Shown: in pieces, positions 47,150 to 56,402 of the stretch | How the letters are laid out: the number at the start of each line of letters is the position of its first letter | Numbering within the stretch: position 1 is the first letter of the stretch | The notes under the pieces: generated by a model | Seen by the model: the letters and a program-made list of their open reading frames with translations, nothing else | Told to the model about the DNA's origin: nothing | Databases searched by the model: none | Assembly: GCA_964535655.1 (NCBI GenBank) | Contig: CAZHTP010000007.1 | Location: 1 to 60,732 of the forward strand | Reading direction: 5' to 3' | Length of the DNA: 60,732 bases | Source: an uncultured Gammaproteobacteria bacterium | GTDB taxonomy: Bacteria; Patescibacteriota; Microgenomatia; JALYQM01 | Translations under genes and position numbers: made by a program

Positions 47150-48583
47150 TCAACGGTTCTTTTTAACTTTTTGACCGTCACGAGTGTCTTCAATCCGATA
47201 TCCTTCTTTTTCAACTAAATTTCTGAGATCGTCTGCAGCTTGAAAATCTTTATTTTTCTTAGCTTGTTCTCGCATACTCAAAATATCGCTGAATGTTTTA
47301 CCGCCGACTATCAATGAATTTAATTCTAGTGGTGATATGAATAGGCTATCATTGATAACATCGGACAATCCTAGACCCAAAATTTCATCAAAAGACAAGA
47401 GATGCGAACGCTTTGCATCGTCATCGATGCTTGAAGAAAGCATTTCATGGAGAACGCTTAAGGCCTGAGGAGTATCCAAATCATTGTTCATTGCGTCGAT
47501 GAAACGATCATAAAACTCTGAAGGCGTATCACCCAACGCCTTTGCATCAGGATGATCGTAAAGCAGTCTACGTATTCCCTGAAGTGTACCTTGAGCGGCC
47601 TGTAGAGACTCAACTGAAAACTCAAGTTCCGATCTGTAATTTGCCGTTAAAGTAAAATACCGAAAAATCATTGGTTCAAATCCGAGATCCATTACCTTGG
47701 CAAGCGTATAAAAATTATCTCCCGACTTAGCCATTTTTGCACCACCGGCAATAGTTAAAAAGTTATTGTGCATCCAATATCGTGCAAATGGTCGATCGGT
47801 AGCAGCCTCTGATTGAGCTATTTCATTGGTATGATGCACCGGAATATGATCAATTCCACCGCAATGGATATCTATCGTTTCACCAAGTAACTTAATCGCC
47901 ATCGCTGAACATTCAATATGCCATCCTGGAAAACCTTTCCCCCACGGTGAGTCCCATTCCATTTGGCGCTTTTCATCTTCAGCTGAAAATTTCCATAAAT
48001 AAAAGTCAGTAACGTTCTTCTTCTCAGGATCTGCTTCAACTCGAGCACCTTCCTTAAGATCTTCAATTTTCATCCGTGATAATTTAGAATAATCAGCAAA
48101 CTTTGCTGTATCAAACGCGATACCAGACGCCGTTTGGTAGGTGAATCTTTTTTTTTCTAGAGTACATACTAAATCTATTTGTTCCTGAATATATTCTGTT
48201 GCCTTCGGTTCAATGGTTGGAGGAATAATATTCAGTGCCTTTACATCCGAATGATAGGCTTCGGTATAGTACTTGGCTACATCCCAAGCGCTCTTTCCTT
48301 CCCGGCGAGCCCCCTTTTCCATTTTATCTTCACCACTGTCATCAATATCATGATCAGAAACTAAGTGGCCAACATCGGTGATATTCATGACATGTTTAAC
48401 GGGGTATCCATTTACCGTAAGAGTACGTTTAAGAAGATCATAAAATATGAAAGCGCGCAAATTACCAATATGTGCAAAATGGTAAACGGTAGGCCCACAC
48501 GTATACAAAGTTACTTCATCTGGATTGATCGGTTTAAATTCTTCAAGTGTTCGTGATAAAGTATTGTATATTCTCATTCGCAA
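47150..48583 (-). CDS. cysS: Cysteine--tRNA ligase
   Basis: CGPTVYHFAHIGNLR (HIGH) and KMAKSGDN (KMSKS). Confidence 0.95.
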   Translation of the reverse strand: MRMRIYNTLSRTLEEFKPINPDEVTLYTCGPTVYHFAHIGNLRAFIFYDLLKRTLTVNGYPVKHVMNITDVGHLVSDHDIDDSGEDKMEKGARREGKSAWDVAKYYTEAYHSDVKALNIIPPTIEPKATEYIQEQIDLVCTLEKKRFTYQTASGIAFDTAKFADYSKLSRMKIEDLKEGARVEADPEKKNVTDFYLWKFSAEDEKRQMEWDSPWGKGFPGWHIECSAMAIKLLGETIDIHCGGIDHIPVHHTNEIAQSEAATDRPFARYWMHNNFLTIAGGAKMAKSGDNFYTLAKVMDLGFEPMIFRYFTLTANYRSELEFSVESLQAAQGTLQGIRRLLYDHPDAKALGDTPSEFYDRFIDAMNNDLDTPQALSVLHEMLSSSIDDDAKRSHLLSFDEILGLGLSDVINDSLFISPLELNSLIVGGKTFSDILSMREQAKKNKDFQAADDLRNLVEKEGYRIEDTRDGQKVKKNR

Positions 48584-48591
48584 ATTATATC

Positions 48592-49812
48592 TTATAAGTT
48601 CAACTCCCGCAATTTATGAACAATGGGTGGAAGCACACTAAGTAAGGTATTAATATCGGATTCTATGGTGTTTTTACCCATAGAAATGCGTAAAACAGCA
48701 CTATTTTTAACTTCAAATCCCGTCAAAGACAAAGACTCAATTACATGAGATTGCCGTACAACGCCAGAAGAGCACGCCGAACCGGAAGAAACAGCTAGAC
48801 CTTCGCGATCAAGGGCTGCAATGAGTGCTTCACCATCAACATTTTCAAAAATAAAACTAGTGATGTGCGGGGCACGTAGCGTAGGGTGTCCAGTTAAATG
48901 AGCTCCCAAAATAGTAGTAGTTACTGAATATATTAATTTTTTCTGTAAAATTTGTAATCGTGCATACTCGGTACTCTTATCTCCTAACTTTGACACCGCC
49001 TCTCCAAGCCCAATTATCCCCGCAACGTTCTCGGTCCCTGCCCGTTTATAATATTCTTGCCCACCTCCATCAATTTGGCGAATAAACTGTACGCCATCAC
49101 GAAGGTATAAAACGCCAGCACCTTTAGGTCCGTAGAGCTTATGACCAGTTATTGAAAGCAGATCAACACCAAGAATATTTACATCGCACTCAAGATATTG
49201 CACCGCCTGAACTGCATCGCAATGGAAATAAAGCGGGACAACACTTCGTTCATCTCCTTTAGACAATCTTGTCCAGCGAGTTTGACGAACCAACCCTCCA
49301 ATTCCTTTAATTGGTTGTATGGTTCCAATTTCATTATTCACATACATCACTGAGACAAGAATGGTATTCTCAGTGAGCAGTCGCTTTACATCATCAACTG
49401 AAACTAAACCTTCTTCGGTTACGGGAAGCCAAATTATTTTAGCCCAACCCAATGCTTCAACATGGCGTAAAGATTCCATCACACATGGGTGTTCTATAGG
49501 GGAGGCGACAATTTCCGGTAAACCAGTCAAAGTAACTTCCTTGCGTTCAATACGTCGCTTAACAGATTCAACAACACCTTTAATCGCTAAATTATTCGCC
49601 TCAGAAGCACTAGAGGTAAAAATAATGTCTTTAGCTTGAGCACCCAACGCGGTTGCAACTTGCAACCTGGCTCTCTCTACACCCATTCGCGCATCGCGGC
49701 CCAGTGTGTGTACAGAAGAAGCATTTCCAAATTGCTCTTTTAAGTAAGGTAACATCGCTTCGAGAACTTTGGCATCTAAGGCCGTCGTAGCGGCATTATC
49801 AAGATAAATCAT
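48592..49812 (-). CDS. iscS: Cysteine desulfurase (NifS/IscS class V aminotransferase)
   Basis: PLP-lysine context ITGHKLYGPKG. Active-site loop SSGSACSSG. Confidence 0.9.
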   Translation of the reverse strand: MIYLDNAATTALDAKVLEAMLPYLKEQFGNASSVHTLGRDARMGVERARLQVATALGAQAKDIIFTSSASEANNLAIKGVVESVKRRIERKEVTLTGLPEIVASPIEHPCVMESLRHVEALGWAKIIWLPVTEEGLVSVDDVKRLLTENTILVSVMYVNNEIGTIQPIKGIGGLVRQTRWTRLSKGDERSVVPLYFHCDAVQAVQYLECDVNILGVDLLSITGHKLYGPKGAGVLYLRDGVQFIRQIDGGGQEYYKRAGTENVAGIIGLGEAVSKLGDKSTEYARLQILQKKLIYSVTTTILGAHLTGHPTLRAPHITSFIFENVDGEALIAALDREGLAVSSGSACSSGVVRQSHVIESLSLTGFEVKNSAVLRISMGKNTIESDINTLLSVLPPIVHKLRELNL

Positions 49813-49941
49813 GAAAGGATTATATCATCCTGATCGAACAATTTCGACCAGACGGCGGTAATGTGTTTCGAGAACACTAATTTTACTAGCAGAAAACTCA
49901 GACTCACGCAAATGATCTATCGCCGCAATAATACCACTCCT

Positions 49942-50375
49942 TCATTTAAGCTCCTCTACAGATTCCGTATCCGAACTTCCAGCTCTGGTTTCACCTCGTA
50001 GTTCACGAGGAATATAGTACGACAGGTGATAGTCTTTTAATTTCCATGGATAATCTACTACAAATTTATCTCTATATTTAGGTTCGAATTGCCCCTGAGT
50101 TCCCAATACGAACATTATCTTCCCATGGTAACGAAACCAGCCTTGGTGAGCAACCGTTGACCAGCCGCAAAGCCACACATATTGGGAACATCCTCGGGAG
50201 CAGCGTACGCCAGATCTGCACCCCCATGATTAAAAGCGTACCAATCTCTTTGAAATGCGCTCAGTTCATTAAAAAATGCTTCAGGTTTCCCCGGCAAATT
50301 CAAAATATGACGGACCATATTCAAATGCGGGTTAAACCGATCTTTAAAAAGCAAGTGACGAAGTCCTTCTCTCAT
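49942..50375 (-). pseudogene. Frameshifted gene of unknown function (ORFs 50375-50115 and 50178-49942 in different frames)
   Basis: 64-nt overlap. Both halves read as plausible protein, and one indel near GGTTTCGTTACC would join them into about 150 aa. Confidence 0.45.
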
Positions 50376-50460
50376 AATGAGCTATTCTACCTAATAATTA
50401 ACAAAACTCCAAATAAAGCAGATATTTGATTAATACACTAGATTTGTTAAAATTAAAGCT

Positions 50461-53400
50461 ATGTCATTTAAAGCCGTTGATCCAACAAAAACATTACAGC
50501 AACTTGAGGACGAAACAATCCAGTACTGGAAGGACAATAAAACCTTCGAAAAATCGGTCGAATCCCGTCCTAAAGATAATACATACACCTTTGTTGACGG
50601 GCCTCCATTTGTCTCAGGAATGCCCCATTATGGCCATTTAATGACCTCAATCGCTAAAGATCTTATCCCCAGATATTGGACCATGAAAGGCAAGCGAGTT
50701 CGAAGAGTTTGGGGATGGGATTGCCATGGGTTACCTATCGAAAACAAAGTTAATCAGAAATTAAAAATTAAATCTGCCTCAGAAATCGAGGAGCGAGTCG
50801 GCATTGATACGTACATTCAGGAATGTCGCAATTATGTTTCGAGTTATTCAGTTGACTGGCGTTGGTATATCGACAAAATTGGCCGGTGGGCTGATTTAGA
50901 TAATGCGTACTATACAATGAGCACTCCATACATGGAATCAGTTATCTGGGCTTTTAAGCAAATTTACGAAAAAGGACTCATTTACAAAGGGAAGCGGGTA
51001 TCGCTTTTTTCTACCGATACTTCAACTCCGGTATCCAATTTTGAAGTCCAGATGGATCCTGATAATTACCAGGACACAAAAGATTTGGCAATTTTCACAA
51101 AATTTGAACTAGTGAATCCTGAAAAGATAAGCGAATCTTCGGATCGTCCCGTGTATATGGTTGCATGGACTACAACACCTTGGACAATACCATCCAATTT
51201 TGCCTTAGCGGTTAACAAAGCCTACACTTATGTTCTGGTTGAATATGATAAGCAATTATTAGTGGTCGCGAAAGATCGACTTAACTATACATTTAATGAG
51301 GATGAAGGACATGTCGGAACTGATGAGGGCAAAGTAGTCAGAATTGTAAAAGAATTTACAGGTGACAAGTTACAAGGATTGCGGTACAAACCCGTTTACG
51401 ACTTCTTTGTTAAGGATACAACCGAAAATGATTTCAAAATCTATTTATCCGATGATGTAGTAAGCACCGAAGGAACCGGAGTTTTACATATTGCTCCTGC
51501 ATTTGGTGAGGTTGACTTCCAGATGGGAAAAACCCATGGGATTAGTGCACTTGCCGATATCGATGAAGAGGGGAAAATGACAGTTGGGCCGTGGACCGGA
51601 GTATATTTAAGAACAGCTTGTTCAGCAATTACCGAAGACCTACAAGAGAAGGGGAATCTTCTTCGATCGGAAACATATACGCATCGATTACCTTATTATC
51701 GTGGTGACAATCCGCTGATTTACATGGCACAAGATGCCTGGTTTATCGATATCCAAAAGATGAAAGCGCGCATGTTAGAACTTGGTGAAGACATCAACTG
51801 GATACCTTCTCATGTTAAAGAAAATCGCTGGAAGCATACCTTAGCAACTTCACCCGACTGGTGCATTTCCCGTAATCGATATTGGCTCACCATCATGCCT
51901 GTTTGGCAAGCTAAGGATGGTGAAGAAATGGTGATGGGAAGCATTGAGGAAATGACTCAGTATACCGATCAGATTACTAAAAAAGAAATAGACGGAAAAA
52001 TAAGTTATTGGTTTGGCGAACGCCCAATGGACTTGCATCGCGATGTATGCGATAAAATTATCTTGAAAAAAGATGATAAAGAATTTCATCGCATACCCGA
52101 AGTACTCGATAACTGGATGGACTCCGGTTCGGCTCCATTTGCTGAATACCACTACCCATTTGAGAATAAAGAGATTTTTGAAAAGTCCATGCCGGCTGAT
52201 TACGTCATCGAATATGTCGGACAAGTTCGCGCCTGGTTTAACGTTCTGCACCGGGTATCTACAATGTTATTTGATAAACGCAGTTTTACTAATGTCATTT
52301 GCCATGGAGTGTTAGCAGGTAATGATGGGCGTAAAATGAGTAAGACCTACGGGAATTATCCTGACCCTAAAATGGTACTCGAAAAATATGGAGCAGATGC
52401 AGTTCGTCTCTATTTTTCAACTAACCCAATCTTTCTTGGGGAAGACATGAATATCAACGAAAATGATATAGTTGATCAATTAAAATCCGTGTTGAATATT
52501 TTATGGAATTCGCACAAATATTTCATAACCTATGCCAATGCCAATAATTTTGCCGGCAAAAAAGAAAGCGCATTAAGCGATACACCATGGGCCCCCGAAC
52601 AAGAAGACACCATGCTTGATAAATGGATAAAAATCAGGCTCAAAGAAACGATTGCTGAAATAGCCACTAATCTTGATGAATATAATATTCCACTTGCCGC
52701 TCGTACCATTCGACCTTTCGTTGATGATCTGTCTACCTGGTACATTCGTCGCTCACGTAATCGCTTTGTATCAGGTGATACTCACGCTCTTTCAACGCTG
52801 TACCGTATACTGGTGGGTTTTGCACGCGCTACATCGCCCTTTATTCCCTTTATAACCGAAAGTATTTTTCGAGACTTAACAGGCGATGAATCTGTACATT
52901 TATCCAATTATCCAATCGTAGAAAAGCTATCTACAGAAGAAACAAAGTTGTTAGAGAGCATGCAGCTTACCAGGCAAGTATCTTCATTAGGCCAAGCCGT
53001 TCGCTTGCAAGCAAAGCAACCAATCAAACAACCACTTCAGACAGTACAAATTCGAATAGAAGGACAAAACGAACTAGCAGATGAATACTTAGAAATTATT
53101 AAAGAAGAGCTCAATGTAAAACTTGTTGCGTTTGTTGATACCGTTGATAATTCATTTGCATCAGTCGAAGAAAAAAGTATCCAGATCGGTCTTGATACCG
53201 CGTTAACTGAAGAGTTGCAGCTCGAAGGAAAACTACGAGAAGTCCTGCGATCATTGCAGGAAGCACGCAAAGCAGCAGGGTTACAGGTTGCTGATGAAAT
53301 AACTTTGCACTGGTTTTCTGAAGATGAGGCAATTCAAAAAGTATTTGAGCGGTTCAATACACAAATTAAAGCCGGAATTAAAGCAAAAGAAATAATAAGA

Positions 53401-53466
53401 GAACCTGATTCAAGTACCGTCACTAAACTTGAGAAGAGCAACCTTGCTGTGTCTATCAAGCAGTAG
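50461..53466 (+). CDS. ileS: Isoleucine--tRNA ligase
   Basis: MPHYGHL (HIGH), GWDCHGLPIE, KMSKTYGN (KMSKS). 1001 aa. Confidence 0.93.
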   Translation: MSFKAVDPTKTLQQLEDETIQYWKDNKTFEKSVESRPKDNTYTFVDGPPFVSGMPHYGHLMTSIAKDLIPRYWTMKGKRVRRVWGWDCHGLPIENKVNQKLKIKSASEIEERVGIDTYIQECRNYVSSYSVDWRWYIDKIGRWADLDNAYYTMSTPYMESVIWAFKQIYEKGLIYKGKRVSLFSTDTSTPVSNFEVQMDPDNYQDTKDLAIFTKFELVNPEKISESSDRPVYMVAWTTTPWTIPSNFALAVNKAYTYVLVEYDKQLLVVAKDRLNYTFNEDEGHVGTDEGKVVRIVKEFTGDKLQGLRYKPVYDFFVKDTTENDFKIYLSDDVVSTEGTGVLHIAPAFGEVDFQMGKTHGISALADIDEEGKMTVGPWTGVYLRTACSAITEDLQEKGNLLRSETYTHRLPYYRGDNPLIYMAQDAWFIDIQKMKARMLELGEDINWIPSHVKENRWKHTLATSPDWCISRNRYWLTIMPVWQAKDGEEMVMGSIEEMTQYTDQITKKEIDGKISYWFGERPMDLHRDVCDKIILKKDDKEFHRIPEVLDNWMDSGSAPFAEYHYPFENKEIFEKSMPADYVIEYVGQVRAWFNVLHRVSTMLFDKRSFTNVICHGVLAGNDGRKMSKTYGNYPDPKMVLEKYGADAVRLYFSTNPIFLGEDMNINENDIVDQLKSVLNILWNSHKYFITYANANNFAGKKESALSDTPWAPEQEDTMLDKWIKIRLKETIAEIATNLDEYNIPLAARTIRPFVDDLSTWYIRRSRNRFVSGDTHALSTLYRILVGFARATSPFIPFITESIFRDLTGDESVHLSNYPIVEKLSTEETKLLESMQLTRQVSSLGQAVRLQAKQPIKQPLQTVQIRIEGQNELADEYLEIIKEELNVKLVAFVDTVDNSFASVEEKSIQIGLDTALTEELQLEGKLREVLRSLQEARKAAGLQVADEITLHWFSEDEAIQKVFERFNTQIKAGIKAKEIIREPDSSTVTKLEKSNLAVSIKQ

Positions 53467-53478
53467 TAAACTACACTC

Positions 53479-55335
53479 ATGGATACACGAAAATTTCAAA
53501 CAATTGCTAAGATTCTCAGATATTATATTATAGCGTGCTCAACCAAAGCCGGCTCGGGTCACCCAACCTCATCACTATCAGCAACAGATCTACTTTCTGT
53601 TCTTTATTTCCATTTCCTAAATTACAATTTCGAAAATCCTGATAATCGCTATAATGATCGCTTAATTTTCTCCAAAGGCCATGCCTCACCACTCTTGTAT
53701 TCCCTTTACAAAGTTGCAGGGCTCATTGACGAAGAAGAGCTCCTTACATATCGCACCCTCTATAGCCCGCTCCAAGGACACCCAACACCTGAAACTCCGT
53801 ATATTGATGTAGCCACCGGTTCACTGGGGATGGGCTTATCTTTTGGCTTAGGAATGGCTATGGCCAATAAAATGGACAACATTAATAATAAAACCTATGT
53901 GCTTTTGGGAGATGGGGAAATGGCCGAAGGAAACATATGGGAAGCACTAGAAATCGCCGCATACTATAAAATTAACAATCTTATTGGAATTCTTGATGTA
54001 AATCGCCTTGGAGAAACTGGTGAGGCGTTACTTGGGCATGATGTATCCTCCTTTCAACGCAGAATTGAATCCTTCGGATGGCATACGGAAGTAATTGACG
54101 GTCACAATTTTGAAGAAATTTATGCTGCCTTCGATCGCGCTCAAAACCAAGAAGCACCAACCATGATTATTGCCAAAACAATCAAGGGCAAAGGCATCTC
54201 TTTCCTTGAAGACAAAGAAAATCACCACGGCAAAGCACTAAAAGAAGATGAAGCTCAGAAAGCATGGGCAGAACTTAATGTATCAGATTCTGAAAAAGAG
54301 CAAACATTTTCTGTAAATAAGCCGAAAAAAAACAAACCTATTGGCAAAGATGTCACCCGTTATGAAGAGTTATCTATGGAAAATACCATCTCTAAACTTG
54401 TCGGTTCAAACGAGCCGGTGCCTACAAGAAAAGCCTACGGTACTGCTCTTTGTGAACTTATCGAAGAATCTAATGATATGTACGTAATTGATGGAGACCT
54501 CTCCGATTCAACATTTTCCGGACTCACAAAAGAAATTAAACCAAAACAATTTATCAATATGTTCATTGCCGAACAGAATATGATTGCTGCTGGAACTGGA
54601 TTAACTAAGATGGGTAAAACGGTTTTTGCATCTACCTTCGCTGCATTCCTCACTCGAGCGTATGACCAAATTCGAATGTCTTCTTTATCTGAGTCCACAC
54701 TTAAAATAACAGGATCACATGTTGGTGTTTCTATTGGTGAAGACGGGGCTTCTCAAATGGGATTAGAGGATATCGCGATGATGCGGGCAATATTTAATTC
54801 AGTCATACTCTATCCATGCGATGCGGTAGCAACAGCTCAGTTAGTAAAACTAATGCCATCATTACCAGATATTACCTATTTACGCACAACAAGAAAACCC
54901 ACCCCAATAATCTACCCTCACGACGAAGAATTTGTTATCGGTGGATCCAAAACACTCCGCGAGTCAGAAGAGGATCAATGCCTTATAATCGCAGCCGGAA
55001 TAACCGTCCACGAAGCGCTAAAAGCTCATGAAGAGCTCAAATCTCGTGGAATATCCGTTCGAGTAGTTGATTGTTATTCAATTAAACCTATAGATGTAAG
55101 TGGGCTACGTAAAGCTGCACAACTAGCAAATAACAAGATTATCACCGTTGAAGATCATTATTTTGAAGGGGGATTGGGTGATGCCGTTTTGAACGTCTTT
55201 TCCGACGGATCAGCCTCAATTAAAAAAATGGCAATTACCTCCCGACCTCATTCAGGGAAACCAGACGAGTTACTTGAACATTGTGGGATTTCCTCTAAGC
55301 ATATTGTAGATTCGGTCGTTGAACTAGTAAAATGA
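53479..55335 (+). CDS. tkt: Transketolase (single 618-aa polypeptide)
   Basis: GSGHPTSSLS, GDGEMAEGNIWEA thiamine-diphosphate motifs. C-terminal pyrimidine-binding and TK_C parts. Confidence 0.9.
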   Translation: MDTRKFQTIAKILRYYIIACSTKAGSGHPTSSLSATDLLSVLYFHFLNYNFENPDNRYNDRLIFSKGHASPLLYSLYKVAGLIDEEELLTYRTLYSPLQGHPTPETPYIDVATGSLGMGLSFGLGMAMANKMDNINNKTYVLLGDGEMAEGNIWEALEIAAYYKINNLIGILDVNRLGETGEALLGHDVSSFQRRIESFGWHTEVIDGHNFEEIYAAFDRAQNQEAPTMIIAKTIKGKGISFLEDKENHHGKALKEDEAQKAWAELNVSDSEKEQTFSVNKPKKNKPIGKDVTRYEELSMENTISKLVGSNEPVPTRKAYGTALCELIEESNDMYVIDGDLSDSTFSGLTKEIKPKQFINMFIAEQNMIAAGTGLTKMGKTVFASTFAAFLTRAYDQIRMSSLSESTLKITGSHVGVSIGEDGASQMGLEDIAMMRAIFNSVILYPCDAVATAQLVKLMPSLPDITYLRTTRKPTPIIYPHDEEFVIGGSKTLRESEEDQCLIIAAGITVHEALKAHEELKSRGISVRVVDCYSIKPIDVSGLRKAAQLANNKIITVEDHYFEGGLGDAVLNVFSDGSASIKKMAITSRPHSGKPDELLEHCGISSKHIVDSVVELVK

Positions 55336-55357
55336 GTTTATGCAAGAGATTTACTCG

Positions 55358-55386
55358 TTGACCTTACCTTTACTATAGGATATAAT
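55358..55386 (+). promoter_or_regulatory. Near-consensus sigma-70 promoter TTGACC-17 nt-TATAAT
   Basis: Read directly. It lies 30 nt upstream of the 55416 ATG. Confidence 0.6.
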
Positions 55387-55415
55387 GTGCGCAGCCAATC
55401 TAAAGGTATTATTAT

Positions 55416-56384
55416 ATGAGTAATAACCTATATGCAGGACCAATACAGCTTGACCCAAATGGGAAGGCAATAGAGCAGAGGCAGCAACAGCTCTCAGGAC
55501 TTCCTACTGACCTCGGGATTTATAAATTCGGTGAGGCAGAAGAAGAGCACCAGCGCATTCTAGCTGCAGAACAAGCACGTAATCAACTCAATACAATAGC
55601 GCATCTCGAATCACGCTCTACAGTGCCAAGTCCAGAGCGTCCAGCCATGGCAATTAATCAGGGGACACCAATTCCTCAAATGCCGCCTAATATGGATTTT
55701 GATATGAATGCTTTACTCATGGCCCCAGCAGCAACACCAAAAGAATCGTATCAAGCTCCTCAAGCTAGACAGTCATCAGATGTAAGCATGGGTATGTTAG
55801 ACTCAGCCAAGAATCAAATTAATACCTTAATCAAGGGACACCAATCAGCTCCCGGACAAACTTTAAAATCCTTTGGCGATCATAAAGATGCAATTATGGG
55901 CAACACATCGATCGATATGACACAGTTAAGTACAAGTTTTGGCGATCAAACAAAAGCCTTATTAACGGGAGTATTACCTGAAGAAATCAGCTTGAAAAAC
56001 GAAAAAAGGAAGCAAGATGTTCGTCGGGCTATTACCCAATTCCAAGGCATTGAACGAATAGTATTTACGGTCGCCAATAAATCTGCACAGGAAGAGATGC
56101 GTTCTCCAAAAATGCAAGAGACCCAACAAACAGTGCAGAAAGCAGCAGAAAAAATAGATCCCTCAAAAAACTTCATGACTATCCTTGCAAGGTTAGAGCC
56201 ACGCAAAATGGTTGCGGCTCTCAAAAACGCTGAGGGACCCGCCCGCCATGCGGTAGAAACTGCCACCAAAAGACAGCAGCAACAAGAAAAAATTCACGTT
56301 GCCGGCAAAACGCAAGGCAAAGCTAAAGATCCAAATTCGGAAAACCGTCCGGGTACCGGAGGCAATAGTCTCAAAGTAGGGTAA
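55416..56384 (+). CDS. Gln/Ala/Pro-rich, probably disordered hypothetical protein
   Basis: Long ORF behind a strong promoter. Low-complexity composition, no TM segment and no recognised motif. Confidence 0.55.
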   Translation: MSNNLYAGPIQLDPNGKAIEQRQQQLSGLPTDLGIYKFGEAEEEHQRILAAEQARNQLNTIAHLESRSTVPSPERPAMAINQGTPIPQMPPNMDFDMNALLMAPAATPKESYQAPQARQSSDVSMGMLDSAKNQINTLIKGHQSAPGQTLKSFGDHKDAIMGNTSIDMTQLSTSFGDQTKALLTGVLPEEISLKNEKRKQDVRRAITQFQGIERIVFTVANKSAQEEMRSPKMQETQQTVQKAAEKIDPSKNFMTILARLEPRKMVAALKNAEGPARHAVETATKRQQQQEKIHVAGKTQGKAKDPNSENRPGTGGNSLKVG

Positions 56385-56402
56385 TACGCCTAATACCATT
56401 AA

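Noticed and set aside
50376-50460. T-box or other leader upstream of ileS, and likewise upstream of cysS
   Set aside because: The intergenic spaces (85 nt, and 8 nt for cysS) are too short for a T-box riboswitch, and no specifier or antiterminator structure is visible.
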